DNA of 64,000 nucleotides from Podarcis filfolensis (lineage: Eukaryota), in assembly GCA_964270895.1 (NCBI GenBank), contig OZ185435.1. One strand, given 5' to 3'. The notes beneath the pieces are model-generated. The model worked only from the letters and a program-made list of their open reading frames with translations, did not search any database and was not told the DNA's origin. A program made the translations under genes and the position numbers. Numbering within the stretch: the first letter of the stretch is position 1; every line of letters starts with the position of its first letter. Below, piece after piece: positions 1 through 11,633 of the stretch.

Positions 1-2299
1 AGCTATTATACCCAGTACCAGGTGTTCCCCTGCAATCTGTAATATTGTCTCCTTCCCCCTCAGCATTTAGTTTGAAAATCTCCTGATCAGGTTCACAAGA
101 CTCTAAGCAAACAGATTCTTGACAACCACTGTGAGGTGCAACCCATTTCTTGCCAGAAGTTCTTCCTATATTTTGCTATACCAGTGAAACAGCATGGATC
201 CTGATTGTCCTGCTTCTATGTGTCACGCTCCTCCAGGGTTTCATCTCCTGCAGTGGATAATCTTCCTTCTCTCTAGGGGCAACCCACCTGCCTCACTGTT
301 CAAGGACAGTCCACTCTGCTCTATCAAGAAATTCAACATCTTACCTCATAGCTCTAAGTGTGGATAGACGAGCCTCAAGTTACTGTACCTTCTCTTCTCT
401 TAGACCCTGTGCTCTAGCAGAGGCCACATGCACACAAACTCACAATCAAACCTCCAAACAGCTAAAACAACCAGCCTTAATCCAAAAGACACAAGCTCAT
501 TCTCTTCCTTCTCCTTCACCAATCCCTGACAAACACTCCTTTTTAACAAGTCCTGGTCACAAGCTCCCAGAGGCTGCAATCAGCTAAGTGGAACTGCTGC
601 TGGCTGCTGACCACCAAGTCACTCATTATTCCACAAACACTGAGCATGCTCATTCCTCATTGAGCTGTACTTGGATTCTACCCCTCATTGAAGTTTTCCT
701 CTTAAATATTTATTTGCACTTGGCAATTCTTTTGCCAGCTGATTCTTTGCCCTTGCATCCATGGATGGTGGAGTTTAGGCAACAGAACTTTGTTGACTTT
801 GTGCAAGTTGACAGCAAACTTCTCCCATTTCATTTGCAGAGCCCTGTACGTACCCCATACCATAGTCCCCAAGACCCAGGAGCAGATTTTCAGGAGGTAC
901 AGGAAGCAACAGGACAGAGGCAGGGGATGCAGGCATTCTGTGGATGTGAACTCTGATAATGGAAAGTTAGGACCCAAGCCTATGTCCTTAAGCACCCATC
1001 CAAAATAAACCACATGGTCCTGTGAATTTGTTCATTGTTGCAGATTGTTTAGGCAACCTGTGAAAAAAGGCCCATTTCCTCATCAGCTGGACTCTTTCAC
1101 GTAATGTTCAAGAGTTCCTCCTCACAGGGTGATGCTAAACTTGAGAAGTTGAAGTAACACCGTACTGCAGGAGATGGATGTAGTAATGGAGGTGAAATTA
1201 GAAAATGAATGTGGTAATAAAGAACTCTGAGGAGACTGGTTCCAGAAGAACCGTGGATCTAGGCAAATTCTAAGAAACTGACTAGTACATGCTAGCAAAT
1301 GTCCTACCAGGGATGTCCAACAGGTTGATCGTTATCGACTGGTCAATCCCCGGGAGGTTCCGGTCGATTGCCAGCTCCTTTTCCTTTGAGGTGGCATAAG
1401 AGTATCTGGTCCCACCCCCTCGCCCCATCCTCCATTTTTGCATGATTGCTGGAACGGAAGATGCAGATAGTTTCCTTAGCTGAACCCCCCAAAAACAGGA
1501 CATTCCACCCTAAAAAAAGCTCAACAACTTCGACCTGAACTCCCACAAAAGTGGTAGATCACTGCCAGTTTTTCATTCTGTGAGTAGATCGCAGTCTCTT
1601 GGGAGTTGGATGTCCCTGAACTAGGACAACTAACTTGGCATTTTGGGTCAGGAAGAGCTACCACCCACAGTGCCCCTTTGGTTAGTAGCTTCCACCAACC
1701 TTACATAACAGCCGGCCCTACCAACATCAAGTAGATCCACTGAAATTGAAAAACGTGAAGTTGTTCTAGTCCATTATTTCCACAGGTCTATGCTGTGTAT
1801 AACTGACATTGGGTTCAGCAACTCTCAGCTGGCCTCCAAGCAGCAGCTTTACTGACTGGAGGGTACAGACAGGATCAGAGCCTCGGTGAGGTTGGGGTAG
1901 CAGCAGAGCACCGACAGAGCCCTTCTGGTGTCCCACCAGACTGTACTGGTAAGTGGCAGGGATGCTGCTACTGCAGCATTGGTTGGTGGCACCAATCTGT
2001 TGTGTCTGGCTGTTCACTGCCTGGAAGGGGAAGAGGTGATTGTGGGCTTTGGGGGCCTGGAGCCTTAATGGGACGGGTGAAAGATGCTTAGTCCCAGGCA
2101 ACAAGATGTCTTTGGCCGGGCCCTGCCTGGATCCCTCCATCCGTCTGTGCATGCTCCAAGTTCCACCAGCAACACCCCCCAATTTGATTTTTTTTTTAGC
2201 CATAAAGGGGAAGGAGAGGCGGACAACGGCAACAAAGCCGCCGAGTGACAGTTAAGGAAGAAAGTTGGGAGATCAGGACATGGAAATGAATGGTAGGAC

Positions 2300-3060
2300 G
2301 CAGCACCCCGCCCTCTCCCCGCGCCGCCGATCCCAGGTCAAGCGGCATTCGTCACAGGTTTTAGAGGGAGAAGTCCCTTTCCTTCCACCCCCAGCGCCTT
2401 TGAAAAGACACTTCCAAAGGAATCGCTGAAAAGGAAGATCCCTTCCCTCCGATTTCTGGGCTTCTTGGGCGGCGGCCTTCCCTTCTCAATAGCTCCTCGG
2501 GCCCCTTTCGCCGCGCTGCTTAAGAGAAGTCTCCTGCGCGCCCCCGAAACAGAGCCCGGGACCCGGGGCCACGTGGGCGCCTCTGCGGGCGGCGGACCCA
2601 CGTGAGAGGCAATGCAAAGGTTCGCCTCCCGGCAGCCCGACGGGGCCACGGCAGCTGCCACGAAAGGGCATGCGACTGCCTGCCTGCCTGGGCCGCAATT
2701 CCGCCTTTCGCCTCCGGTCCCCTGAAGCCAGACAAGTCGCTGGAGCTGCCGTGGCGCGTCACCGGATCCGCTCTGATTCGGAAGCCCGTCCTTCTCCCTG
2801 GGGGCTCCGCGGGTCTTTCCGTCGGACTGCAGCCTTGAACGTCACATATTTTCGGGGTTGTGAATCGGGCTGGCAGACACACCAGACCTGTCTCAGAAAG
2901 TTATGGCCGCCACCTGTTGCCTCCAGGTACCCCAGCATCGGTGGGACTGTGGATTGCGCTCCGATTCTTGGGATGTGGCGCCTGCTCGCTCGCTGCGTTT
3001 ACACGCGTTATGACCAAAGCGAATTATAAACAGAAAGGTTTCTAAGGATAACAGCGCGTA
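2300..3060. promoter_or_regulatory. CpG-rich island ~5 kb upstream of DBX1 with no coding exon (approximate boundaries)
   Basis: Visibly GC/CpG-dense stretch (cgcgccgccg, gcgcgccccc, cgcgtt...) against an AT-rich background; its overlapping ORFs resemble no protein I recognise. Confidence 0.6.
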
Positions 3061-3135
3061 AATACTTTTCCATTTTAATCACCTCCCCCACCCGAAACAA
3101 TGGGTTGTGGCAATCTGCATCCTCCTAGCGGCAAC

Positions 3136-3471
3136 CAGACCCTCCAAATGTCCCTATTTTTCAGGGACATCCTTGATTTAGAGAAGCCATCCCGGTTTCT
3201 GATTTGATCCCGGAATGTCCCACTTTTCCTTAGGATGGCCCTGTTTTCATTGGAGAAATGTTGGAGGGTATGGAGTTATCCGACCCCCAGTTGTCTGAAG
3301 GCAACCCAGTATAGGAGGGTTTTTCTAAATGTTTTATTATGTTTTTATATATGTTGGAAGTTGCCCAGATTTGCTGGGGCAACCCAATAAGATATGTGGG
3401 GTATAAACAGTAAAATTATCATTATGGAATGGGACGTCCCTCTTTTCATCGGAGAAATGTTGGAGGGTATG
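3136..3471. mobile_element. Composite interspersed repeat: MITE-like element 3136-3272, LINE/SINE-tail-like segment, second MITE right end to 3471
   Basis: Left end CAGACCCTCCAAATGT resembles the reverse complement of GAAATGTTGGAGGGTATG, which occurs twice (ending 3272 and 3471); the middle segment ends in GGGGTATAAA plus an AT-rich tail. Confidence 0.5.
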
Positions 3472-3906
3472 CAAAACATGAATGGCCAAGGGATTAGGGT
3501 TTTCTGAAACTCTTGCGCTTAGAAGTCTGCTCGCTTCAAGAAGGTAGGGGGCCTAAGTCGGACTGAAGCCTATTGGGTTGGCGTCCCAAATCCGAACCCA
3601 TTCCTTAGCGAGCAAATTCCCAGAGAGTATTCGCTTCAAAACGCGGTCGCTACCCATTGAGCTTTATCCCAAGAACGTCTGTTCTCACTAGCTTGATTTC
3701 TTGACATGAGTTGAAATAACAGAAATATCGTAAACCGTATCCCCCCCCTCTCCATTTCCTCGAGGTATGGAATTAAATAATGGCAAAACTTTAGTAGCCC
3801 AGAGTGAGGAACCACAAATGCTCTTCCTTCTTTCCAGTGCTAGAAATAAAATAAGCGCAACCTGAAAGTGAACATGCCCTAAAGGGCTAGTAGTTACGCA
3901 CTACAG

Positions 3907-4041
3907 CATGGGCGTAGCCAAGGGGGGCAGCTGCCCCCCATTAAGTAAAACAATAGAAATACTTAAGTAACTGACCAATCACATCTGCCCCCCCTAACAA
4001 AAGTCCTGTTCCCCCCAACAAAAATCATGGCTCCGCCCATG
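3907..4041. mobile_element. Short non-autonomous DNA transposon (hAT-like MITE)
   Basis: 14-bp TIRs CATGGGCGTAGCCA / TGGCTCCGCCCATG (1 mismatch); CGCACTA occurs on both flanks (degenerate TSD). Confidence 0.65.
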
Positions 4042-7000
4042 CGCACTAGTGACTCCTCAAGCACATTTAACCAGCTTTGTCTTATTCATTACCCGTGCGT
4101 AAAGGATGGTAAAGATCCCCTCCCTTCTTGTGCTTATGAATGACCTGGTGATTTCTCATTCGTATCAGGAAGTACAAAGCCGGAGTATTTGTTTCTGATC
4201 AGTTGCTTCATGTCTGAACTTGAGGAAGGATCATTTCCTTAGGTTCAGCCTAATTCTGAGCAGCCCTTTCTCTTCCGACAAAGATAACCTCATATCCTTT
4301 AGATCCGTCTTAATTATTACATCTGAATAACAGCCTGTGCCTTTCCATGACTTAATAGGACCTACTGCTAAGCAAATGTCCTCAGCACAAACACGAAAAC
4401 TTTCCAGTCTCCAGAAGCGCGACTGGATGCAAAAGATCGAATAAACCTTCTCCAGCTTCCAAATTCTAACCTCCAAAGACTTCCAAGATTTATTAAGTTT
4501 TAAAAGTCAAGGGGTGAATGGTTCTAGTGGTATTCGGTGCCCTCTCTCATTTACTTACATTGAATCGGTCTCTGCACACTAGAAACAAATCCGAATGCTA
4601 TTAAGACCTCTGCAGCAGCTTTTGACTTCTCATTTAGAATTGCTCCGGAGTCAGCGGGTGCCAGGAGCTAGCCCGGTCTGTTACTACCGGTACTTGGAAA
4701 TACGCGCCACTGGATTCAATGGGATGAACTTGTACACCATCCCATCCCCACCCCGTCAATTAGCCATACTTAGTCCTATCCATTAATTTCAATGGGTCTA
4801 CTCTAATTTAGGTCCATTGATTTAGTGGGTCTTTACTGAGTATGTCCAACGTTGGACCCCACCCAAAGGGAACTTCTCCCCGCCCATCAGTGCAGCTTTC
4901 CAAATATGTCCCCTTGGCATCCGCGCTATGGGACTTAATTCGAAGTCACTGCGCTTGAAGCTTCGAAGAGCATTTGCTCCCTCCCCCCCCCTTTGCAGTT
5001 TACGATCAAGCTGCTACTTAGAATAGTAGATGGAGCAGTGGAACTCCCTTCCGCAGGAGCAAAAAAGAGCTGCGGAGCCACAGCGAGAGCCAGCCCACTG
5101 CGAGCATTGGAAAGTGAGGATTATTTATATTCAGAGCCCAAACTCTGCTCTTTTTGCAAGAAATTTCCGTTGCCCCTGTGTGCCATTTCTTAGGTTTTTT
5201 TCTTTATTTTCACCAAAATGCATAATAATGCGTGGAAATCGCGCCTTAAACATCAAGCCACTCGATTTGCTGTCAACTCGGGCCAGTGCTTACTTACTCC
5301 CAGTTGGGTAGGGGTATTTGTGGGTGGGGAGACCTCGGTGGGAGCAGGAGGGGCTTCTAACGCCACCATATTATTTCGTAGACTAATCCCCTTCGCCTTC
5401 CCTCAAATAACTTTTTGATTTGAATCGAGGGAGAGATTGAACAGACGTTCTTTCTTCGCTAATGTGATATAAATCACAGATGCACTTTCTCCCCCCCCCC
5501 TCCGAATGGTTAAAGCATGGAGACATGGAGATCATGAGCGCACGCACGCACACCCCCAAGAAAGAAAGGAAAAGACGAAGATCCAGACCCCAAAGAAAAA
5601 CCACCGAAAGAAAGTAAAGCTGGTTAATAAGATTTTTTTGGAAGGGAGAAAGCTTTATGTCCCCAAGTTAAAAAAAGAGGGGTGTTGAAACAGCTGAAGG
5701 TGACAGTTAGTTCATGCTTAATAGGATCAGGGCTGCCTGCCTCGGGCTGCACGCTTCTGCCGGCTAAAAGTTCAGCGCCAAAAGGCTGAATAGGGTGCTT
5801 TTAAAACATACGACGATTTAACACATCTGTTAGAGATTCTGCAACGGAGAGGTTCAAAAAGAGAAAAGAAAAGAAAAGGGAAAGAAAGCCTTTGCAACGA
5901 CCTCTATGCAGTGTTAACTGCCCTCAATTTTCGACTGCCCAGCACGTTTGCGTTGGTTTTTCTTTTATGCATTCACCCACCAACGATTTTTCTTGAATAC
6001 CAGAATATCGCTTTTTTTCAGTGAGGTTGGAGTTGGGGTAGGGGCTTTGTGCTAAATTTCCCATTCGATAGCCAGGGCAGACTTCCCTGTTCGCAGTCTT
6101 GCCCAGACACCTGCAATTCAGCATAACGATGCATCTTGAGGAAGTGCGCCGCAGCACGCGGAATTTCTGCCATAATAAATGTGTCAGTCTTCAGGACTCT
6201 TCGGTCTCGCTCCGAGCCTAGCTCTACTGCCCCTCCAGAGAGGTGTTTTCAGAAAGTCTGCGAAAAAGCCGCTTAGAGGCTAGAGGACTGAAACATCAAG
6301 CAAATAGTTATGCGATCAGCCTGTACAGGGAGTGACAGGGGCAGTGCAGTCTTGTCCACTGCTCCTCGGAAGCCGAGTCCCATTGCATTACATATTGGGC
6401 ATACGCCTGGGGCTTACCTTGGTGTGCCTTGCAGCGTGGGTCTGTTTGAAAGGAAAGCGCCGTTGAGATGCACAACCCAGTTCGATGGCAGCCCTTGCGG
6501 CTGACGCCGATTTGGTCGCCTCCAAGTGGAGGCGAATCAGCTTGAAATCAAGCAATGGAACTTCGACGTCAGTTGAAATAGGAACTTACCTTCCATAACA
6601 GCAAATAAATTGTTTTGTTTCCAAGGAACATATTTAGGATCGGAGTGCAAATTGGCTAAAGTCTTTTTTTTTTAAGCGATGCTTTATTTTATTGTCCAAA
6701 ACAAAACATTAAATTTAAAAATCGGTACATAATATGAATTAGTAATCGTATGCGATGTAAGGCTGTTTCCCAAAATGGGTAAGATTTTGTCTTCAGCAAA
6801 TGGTTTTTAATAAAGAAAGCTATATTTTTGCTTCCCAGGATGTCTCAAAGCCAGACATAAAGTGGTTACGATGAACATGTAGTTCTAATTTCCATTATAT
6901 ACAGACCTATATATAGTTTTGCTTTGGATAAGTTAAAAAAACAACAACCACGCGCCCCATACACACCAAAACACTCCATCCCAGAACGCTGATTTATGAC

Positions 7001-7635
7001 TAGGTCTTTAACCGCAGCAATCGCGGGAGCCCGTTTAAACCTTAGCAACTGGAAACTTGTTCCGAGACGCAGACACTCTGGGGAGCAGCCCAATTTAAGT
7101 TTAGCAACTAACCCCTCCAACAAAGCCCCCCCCAAAAGGCACAGCGGATCATATATCAAAAAACCCCTTTTCATCTGCGGCAAAGATTTCACTTCACGTT
7201 GCTTCATTTGTATTTTCTATTCTGCAGAAAGCTCCGAGATAAGTTTATATGAATATTTATTGCTTTATTTCCTGAGAGCCAGCGGGGGTGGTGGGGGTGA
7301 GAGACGTACAGAGAGAGCGAGAGAGCGCGCAAATAAATTTAATGCTTTTCTTAAAATAATTCCCCCCCTTTTTTCCCTTAGGAGGGTGGGGGAGAAAATG
7401 TCCCTGGAAACTTTTTTGTAAATATATAAATAAATAAGAAATACGCATTTAATTATCCGTCCCGTGTGCGCGCGCCTTGCCTCGGAACAAAACCCCGCTG
7501 GTCGCCCTCGGAGCGACGCCTTTCCCCCAAGAGGCGGTCAATATGCAAAATTGATGCCTGCCCCTTCTTTGTGGCGGGCCCATTGTGCGGGGCTTGCTGA
7601 TGAAGCCTAATCCAATCCTAAATTGCGCCCCCGGA

Positions 7636-7741
7636 CCAATCAGGGAGCCCCGAGTGCCCGATGAATGAAACTCAAGGGGAGAACCCCATTGTGGGAGCTG
7701 TCACTTCGGGAAGCGCCTGAGCGGCCCGGACCCCTATAAAA
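7636..7741 (+). promoter_or_regulatory. DBX1: DBX1 core promoter: CCAAT box (7636-7640) and TATA box TATAAAA (7735-7741)
   Basis: GGACCAATCAG and CCCCTATAAAA lie ~340 and ~245 nt upstream of the ATG at 7981; I saw no ATG between the TATA box and 7981. Confidence 0.7.
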
Positions 7742-7980
7742 CCCCATTGCGCCAGAGAAAGGCCGAGGAGAAGAAGCCTGCCAGTCTCGCTTAGGTGGAT
7801 CTCGAGAGAAAAGGAGACAGAGCAAGACCATTTGTTTAAAAAATAAAAAAGCGGGAGGGGGGAGGAAAAAGGAAGCGGGGCGAAGGCTGCTTTGGGAAAG
7901 CAACAGCCAGCCCTTCCAAGTTGAGGCTTGGACCCTTGGCCAGGCGGGCGCTTCCTCTGCCTCCCTCCCCGTCTCCTGCC

Positions 7981-8374
7981 ATGATGTTCCCCAGCCTGAT
8001 CGCGCCTCCCGCCGTCTACCCGAGTCTCCTGCGGCCCACGCCGACCCTCACGCTGCCGCAGTCGCTGCAGTCCGCCTTCTCCGGCCACTCCAGCTTCCTG
8101 GTGGAAGACCTCATCCGCATCAGCCGGCCCGCCGCTTACCTGCCCCGCAGCGGCGGCGCACCTCCGCCGGCCAGCCTGTCCCCACCACCACCGCCTCTGT
8201 CGGGCGCCAGCCCCGCCCGGACGGGCCCGCCAGGACCCTCGTCGACCGAGCCGGCCAACTCCGACGGCGCTGCGCGACGGGGCTGCTCGGCGCCCGCCTC
8301 CGCCTCGCCCGCCAGCGACGCGCCCTTCCTCAAGTTCGGCGTGCACGCCATCCTGTCTTCGGCGCCCCGGACAG
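7981..8374 (+). CDS. DBX1: DBX1 exon 1 (394 nt coding; N-terminus with two eh1-like motifs)
   Basis: MMFPSLIAPPAVYPSLLRPTPTLTLPQSLQSAFSGHSSFLVEDLIRISRP...FLKFGVHAILSSAPRT matches the vertebrate DBX1 N-terminus; donor ACAG|GTGAGC, phase 1. Confidence 0.97.
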
Positions 8375-8484
8375 GTGAGCGCGCGGCGCCGTCGGGGGGA
8401 AGCTGAGGGAGGGAGCCTCCGCTCGGGTTGGCTCAGGGAAGAAGGCCTTGCCAATGGGAGGAGCGGGGAGGTGCCAGGTGTGCC

Positions 8485-8511
<27 letters not shown>
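8485..8511. repeat. (TG)n microsatellite, DBX1 intron 1
   Basis: Perfect TG dinucleotide run. Confidence 0.95.
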
Positions 8512-8521
<10 letters not shown>

Positions 8522-9053
8522 CTTGACGAGATGGGCAGGAGCTTCCTCCTTTGCGCACCCATTCAGGAGAAAAGGAGCTGGGGGGGGGAACACACTCGTA
8601 TAGCAGTAGGGAGGATCGCGTCACAAACCAGGTATGGGGAGAGTTAAAAGGGGGGAGTAATTAGATATTCTTCCCAAATCAGGTAAATCAGTAGACACTA
8701 TTCCGGGGGGTGGGGGAGGGTGGGAGAGAGACTGCGGTTGCTTCTTTAGCACCACCGACGTGACAAAAAAGAGAGAGATGTCAGTTCTAGTAATGGTTTG
8801 TCAATGTGATTCATTAGTTGCACAGGAAGCTAGGTGGAGGAGGACCACTGTCCCAGCGTCCTGACATTGTCTCTCCGGGGTTTCCGGCTTGGGAGGGAGA
8901 GGCGTCTCTTCCGATCCTGCTACCTGGAGATGACAAGGACTGAACCATCGGGAACCCTTAGCATTTTAGTGCCTGCGCTCTAACCACTAAGTCTCAGCCC
9001 CTCCTTGCCTTTAACCCGTCCTTACTAATGTGCATTTTCTCTGCTCTCCCCAG

Positions 9054-9155
9054 AAACCTCCCACGCGCTGATGCAGAACGTCCCTCCCAAGACTTTCACT
9101 TTCCCGTATTTCGAAGGATCCTTCCAACCTTTCATCAGGTCTTCTTATTTTCCAG
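9054..9155 (+). CDS. DBX1: DBX1 exon 2 (102 nt)
   Basis: Branch-like TACTAAT (9023-9029), acceptor ctccccag|; encodes (E)TSHALMQNVPPKTFTFPYFEGSFQPFIRSSYFP; donor CCAG|GTAGG. Confidence 0.96.
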
Positions 9156-11633
9156 GTAGGTCTGGGATCCTCCTCCTCCTCTGCGCTCGCCCCCCTCCCC
9201 CCCCCCGCTCCAGCCACCCACTGCTCCCTCATTGTTGCAGGCATCAAAAGCGAATTATATCTTTCGGAGGGTCCGGGAGGTGGCGGTGGATGGGTGGTGG
9301 TTGGGGGAGGGGGGAGGCCGTTGCTCGTCCTCCAGTTCAGAGGTTGGACGGGGTACAACATTCAAGAATCCGTCGCGCCAATTTGATGCCCTATTTAGCA
9401 CAAGCGCGGTGGCTGCTTGACATTTTCGTTCCCAATTTCTCTCTCCCCCCCCACGCCCCTCCCCTGCTCGACAAATTAGCTGGGATTGTCACGGTCCGAA
9501 TGCGAGGCGGTTCAATTCTGACACAGAGATGCTGTCCGGCCTCCTCTTCAGGGCGGCGGTTTTCCCACAGAGCCGGTGATCGGCAACAAAAGTTTCAGCA
9601 CCATGACCAATTTGGTCAGCTCCCTCCGGGCAACCACACACAGACCAAGCGCTGACTCCGCCGTGCTGCTGATAGACATTTACCAGCCATGGGCTAATTT
9701 CCCTTTAAAGGTCATTCGCTTTGCCAACGTTTTCACAAGGCCACATGGAGCGCTCCCTTGTTTGGGAATTCGGTGTGGCCGAAGCCAAACACCCACCTCC
9801 AAATCTTTTGCTCTGAGAAAGTTATTACCTACTTCCATCTCAAAGGGACCTCAAAAGCAGGTGGGTCTCAGGCTCTGCAGAATCAGGCTGGGAGGCCAGG
9901 ACCAATTCACACCCTACTACCATGATGATTGCCAACTTTCCTGCTACTTGATGTTACTTGACCATTGCAACCTCTGCCACCCAAAGTATTAAAACTCAAC
10001 ATATAGCGCCTGGCGTGAGCCGGGGATCACCTGGTGCTACAGCATTGCTACAGTTAGGCAGGTGGTTTGGAAAGGAGATCAATAGAGCCTTTCCCCAGGT
10101 AAGCTCCCCCAAGTTTTCAAAAGAAAGAGAGGCACAAAAGAAGCACCTATAGATACCACTTTTCCATACTGAAGTTATGTTCCACTGCCAGTTTGGGTTT
10201 TCAATTTTTTCTATGGGGTGTGTAGAATCATACACAGAGGGTACCTCTCACATTACACATCTATAATCCTCAACTAGTGTCAAACTGAAATTAAATATGT
10301 TTAGAAGAATATGCTCCAAATTATCACACACAGATCTACTCTAATCCGCTGTTGGTGTTCAACTGATTATTTGAAGCATATTCTTTTAAACATTTTCAAG
10401 TTAGGAATGCCTAGGCAAGTTAACTTCAAATCTTAATTTTGAAGCTGAGAAAAGTGACGGTTAAGAAGAATGACTCTCAAAAATATCACTCTACCAACAA
10501 GCTGCTAATATACTTTGTACCAAAAGCCAAGAGCTCCTTCATTCACTCTCCTGATAATGGAATTTGCTTCCTTTCTCCAGCATTTGAATGGCCCAACAAA
10601 AACAACTTGAGCCTTATATATAGCTTTTCATGTCCATTTAATGAAAATGATTTGGGGAAAGAGAAGGCTGTGTCATCAGTATTCTCTCCAAGGAGCTTGG
10701 CATGCAGTTGTGTTTAGTTTGAAAGTGTAAATCTCTTTTGTTCCAATAATATATGGCTTTAGCTGCTTGTCCTCAGTCTTTTTCTGTTAGTTCATTACTA
10801 CACAATTACCATTCACGCTTCATTAGAATCTCTGTTTCTCTTTGGGAGTTTTTCTTTCCGCTTAAAGGCGAAACTCTGCCCTTTTTATCATACCAATTCC
10901 ATTGGGAACCAGTCAATGTGCTAATTAGCTGTTACTTTTCATGTCTCCAGAGCGAATTCTGCAAGTTTTGTAAGGAAGAGGTGGGGGCAGGGGAGGAAAA
11001 TTCATATATTAAAAAGATGAATACTGATTGATCAAAACTTGCCACTTAAAAGGACTTTTTTGTTCCTGTAAGAAAAGTCCCTTATTTTAATCTGGGGTAA
11101 AATAAAGTTCCTGCAATTGGGGGGGGGTGGAACTTCTGAACATTTAAATACTCAGACAAGAGAGAGAGAGAGGGAGTTCTTACCCCCTTCCCTTCCCCCC
11201 CTTTTAAAAGTATACCTCTATCTTCCTGGCCTTTTCTTTTGAAAGTTAAGATCTTTGAATCTGGTAACAAAACAGGCCAACTATAGATACATTCACTTGG
11301 TGTATCTAATCAAATCTGGTTACCATTGGTTGAAAAGGACAGTTAAGTTAAGCGTAAACTCCCTTTCACAAAACCAGGTTCATAGGTGCTGATCTGCTTA
11401 ATTCAGCTGAGAGTACAGAAAGGAAAAAAGAGGTGGCAAGAAAGAGAAAGGAGAAGAGAGAAATCTATGGGCATGCAAATGAAAGGGAGATTTGCTCCTT
11501 GACTTCAGTGGGATGGAGACTCCCATCTTTTGGAGCAGGATTTTTGGAACCAAGCTTGTCTTTATTATTATTATTTTTTTTTAAAGAGCTGATCCCACCT
11601 GTTTCAGTGCTTTATTTTTTCCTTTTCTCACAG

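Larger units (their letters stand above)
7460..9680. promoter_or_regulatory. DBX1: CpG island spanning the DBX1 promoter, exons 1-2 and start of intron 2 (approximate boundaries)
   Basis: High GC/CpG density around the start codon, typical of developmental transcription-factor genes. Confidence 0.7.

Noticed and set aside
221-561. TGTCAC...GTCACA-bounded segment as a possible solo LTR
   Set aside because: No matching TSD and no poly(A) signal seen; unsupported without a database search.
1282-1503. RYSYATSKEKELAI loosely resembles the Gypsy RNase H motif
   Set aside because: Spacing to the upstream SRKL-like motif is wrong, and I found no other pol motifs nearby.
6516-6535. 9-bp inverted repeat TCGCCTCCA-ag-TGGAGGCGA, also CTCF-like
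   Set aside because: About one such palindrome is expected by chance, and the CTCF match fails at key positions.
7672-8562. 296-aa minus-strand ORF antisense to DBX1 exon 1
   Set aside because: GC-rich shadow of the DBX1 coding strand plus a TG microsatellite (THTHTH); low complexity, no recognisable domain.
3016-9259. Shared 13-mer AAAGCGAATTATA at 3016 and 9247
   Set aside because: Tens of 13-mer pairs are expected by chance in 64 kb; not significant.
9594-9623. Split REST/RE1-like site TTCAGCACC...GGTCAGCTCC
   Set aside because: The 11-nt spacer is longer than the non-canonical spacings I recall, and the right half has a mismatch.
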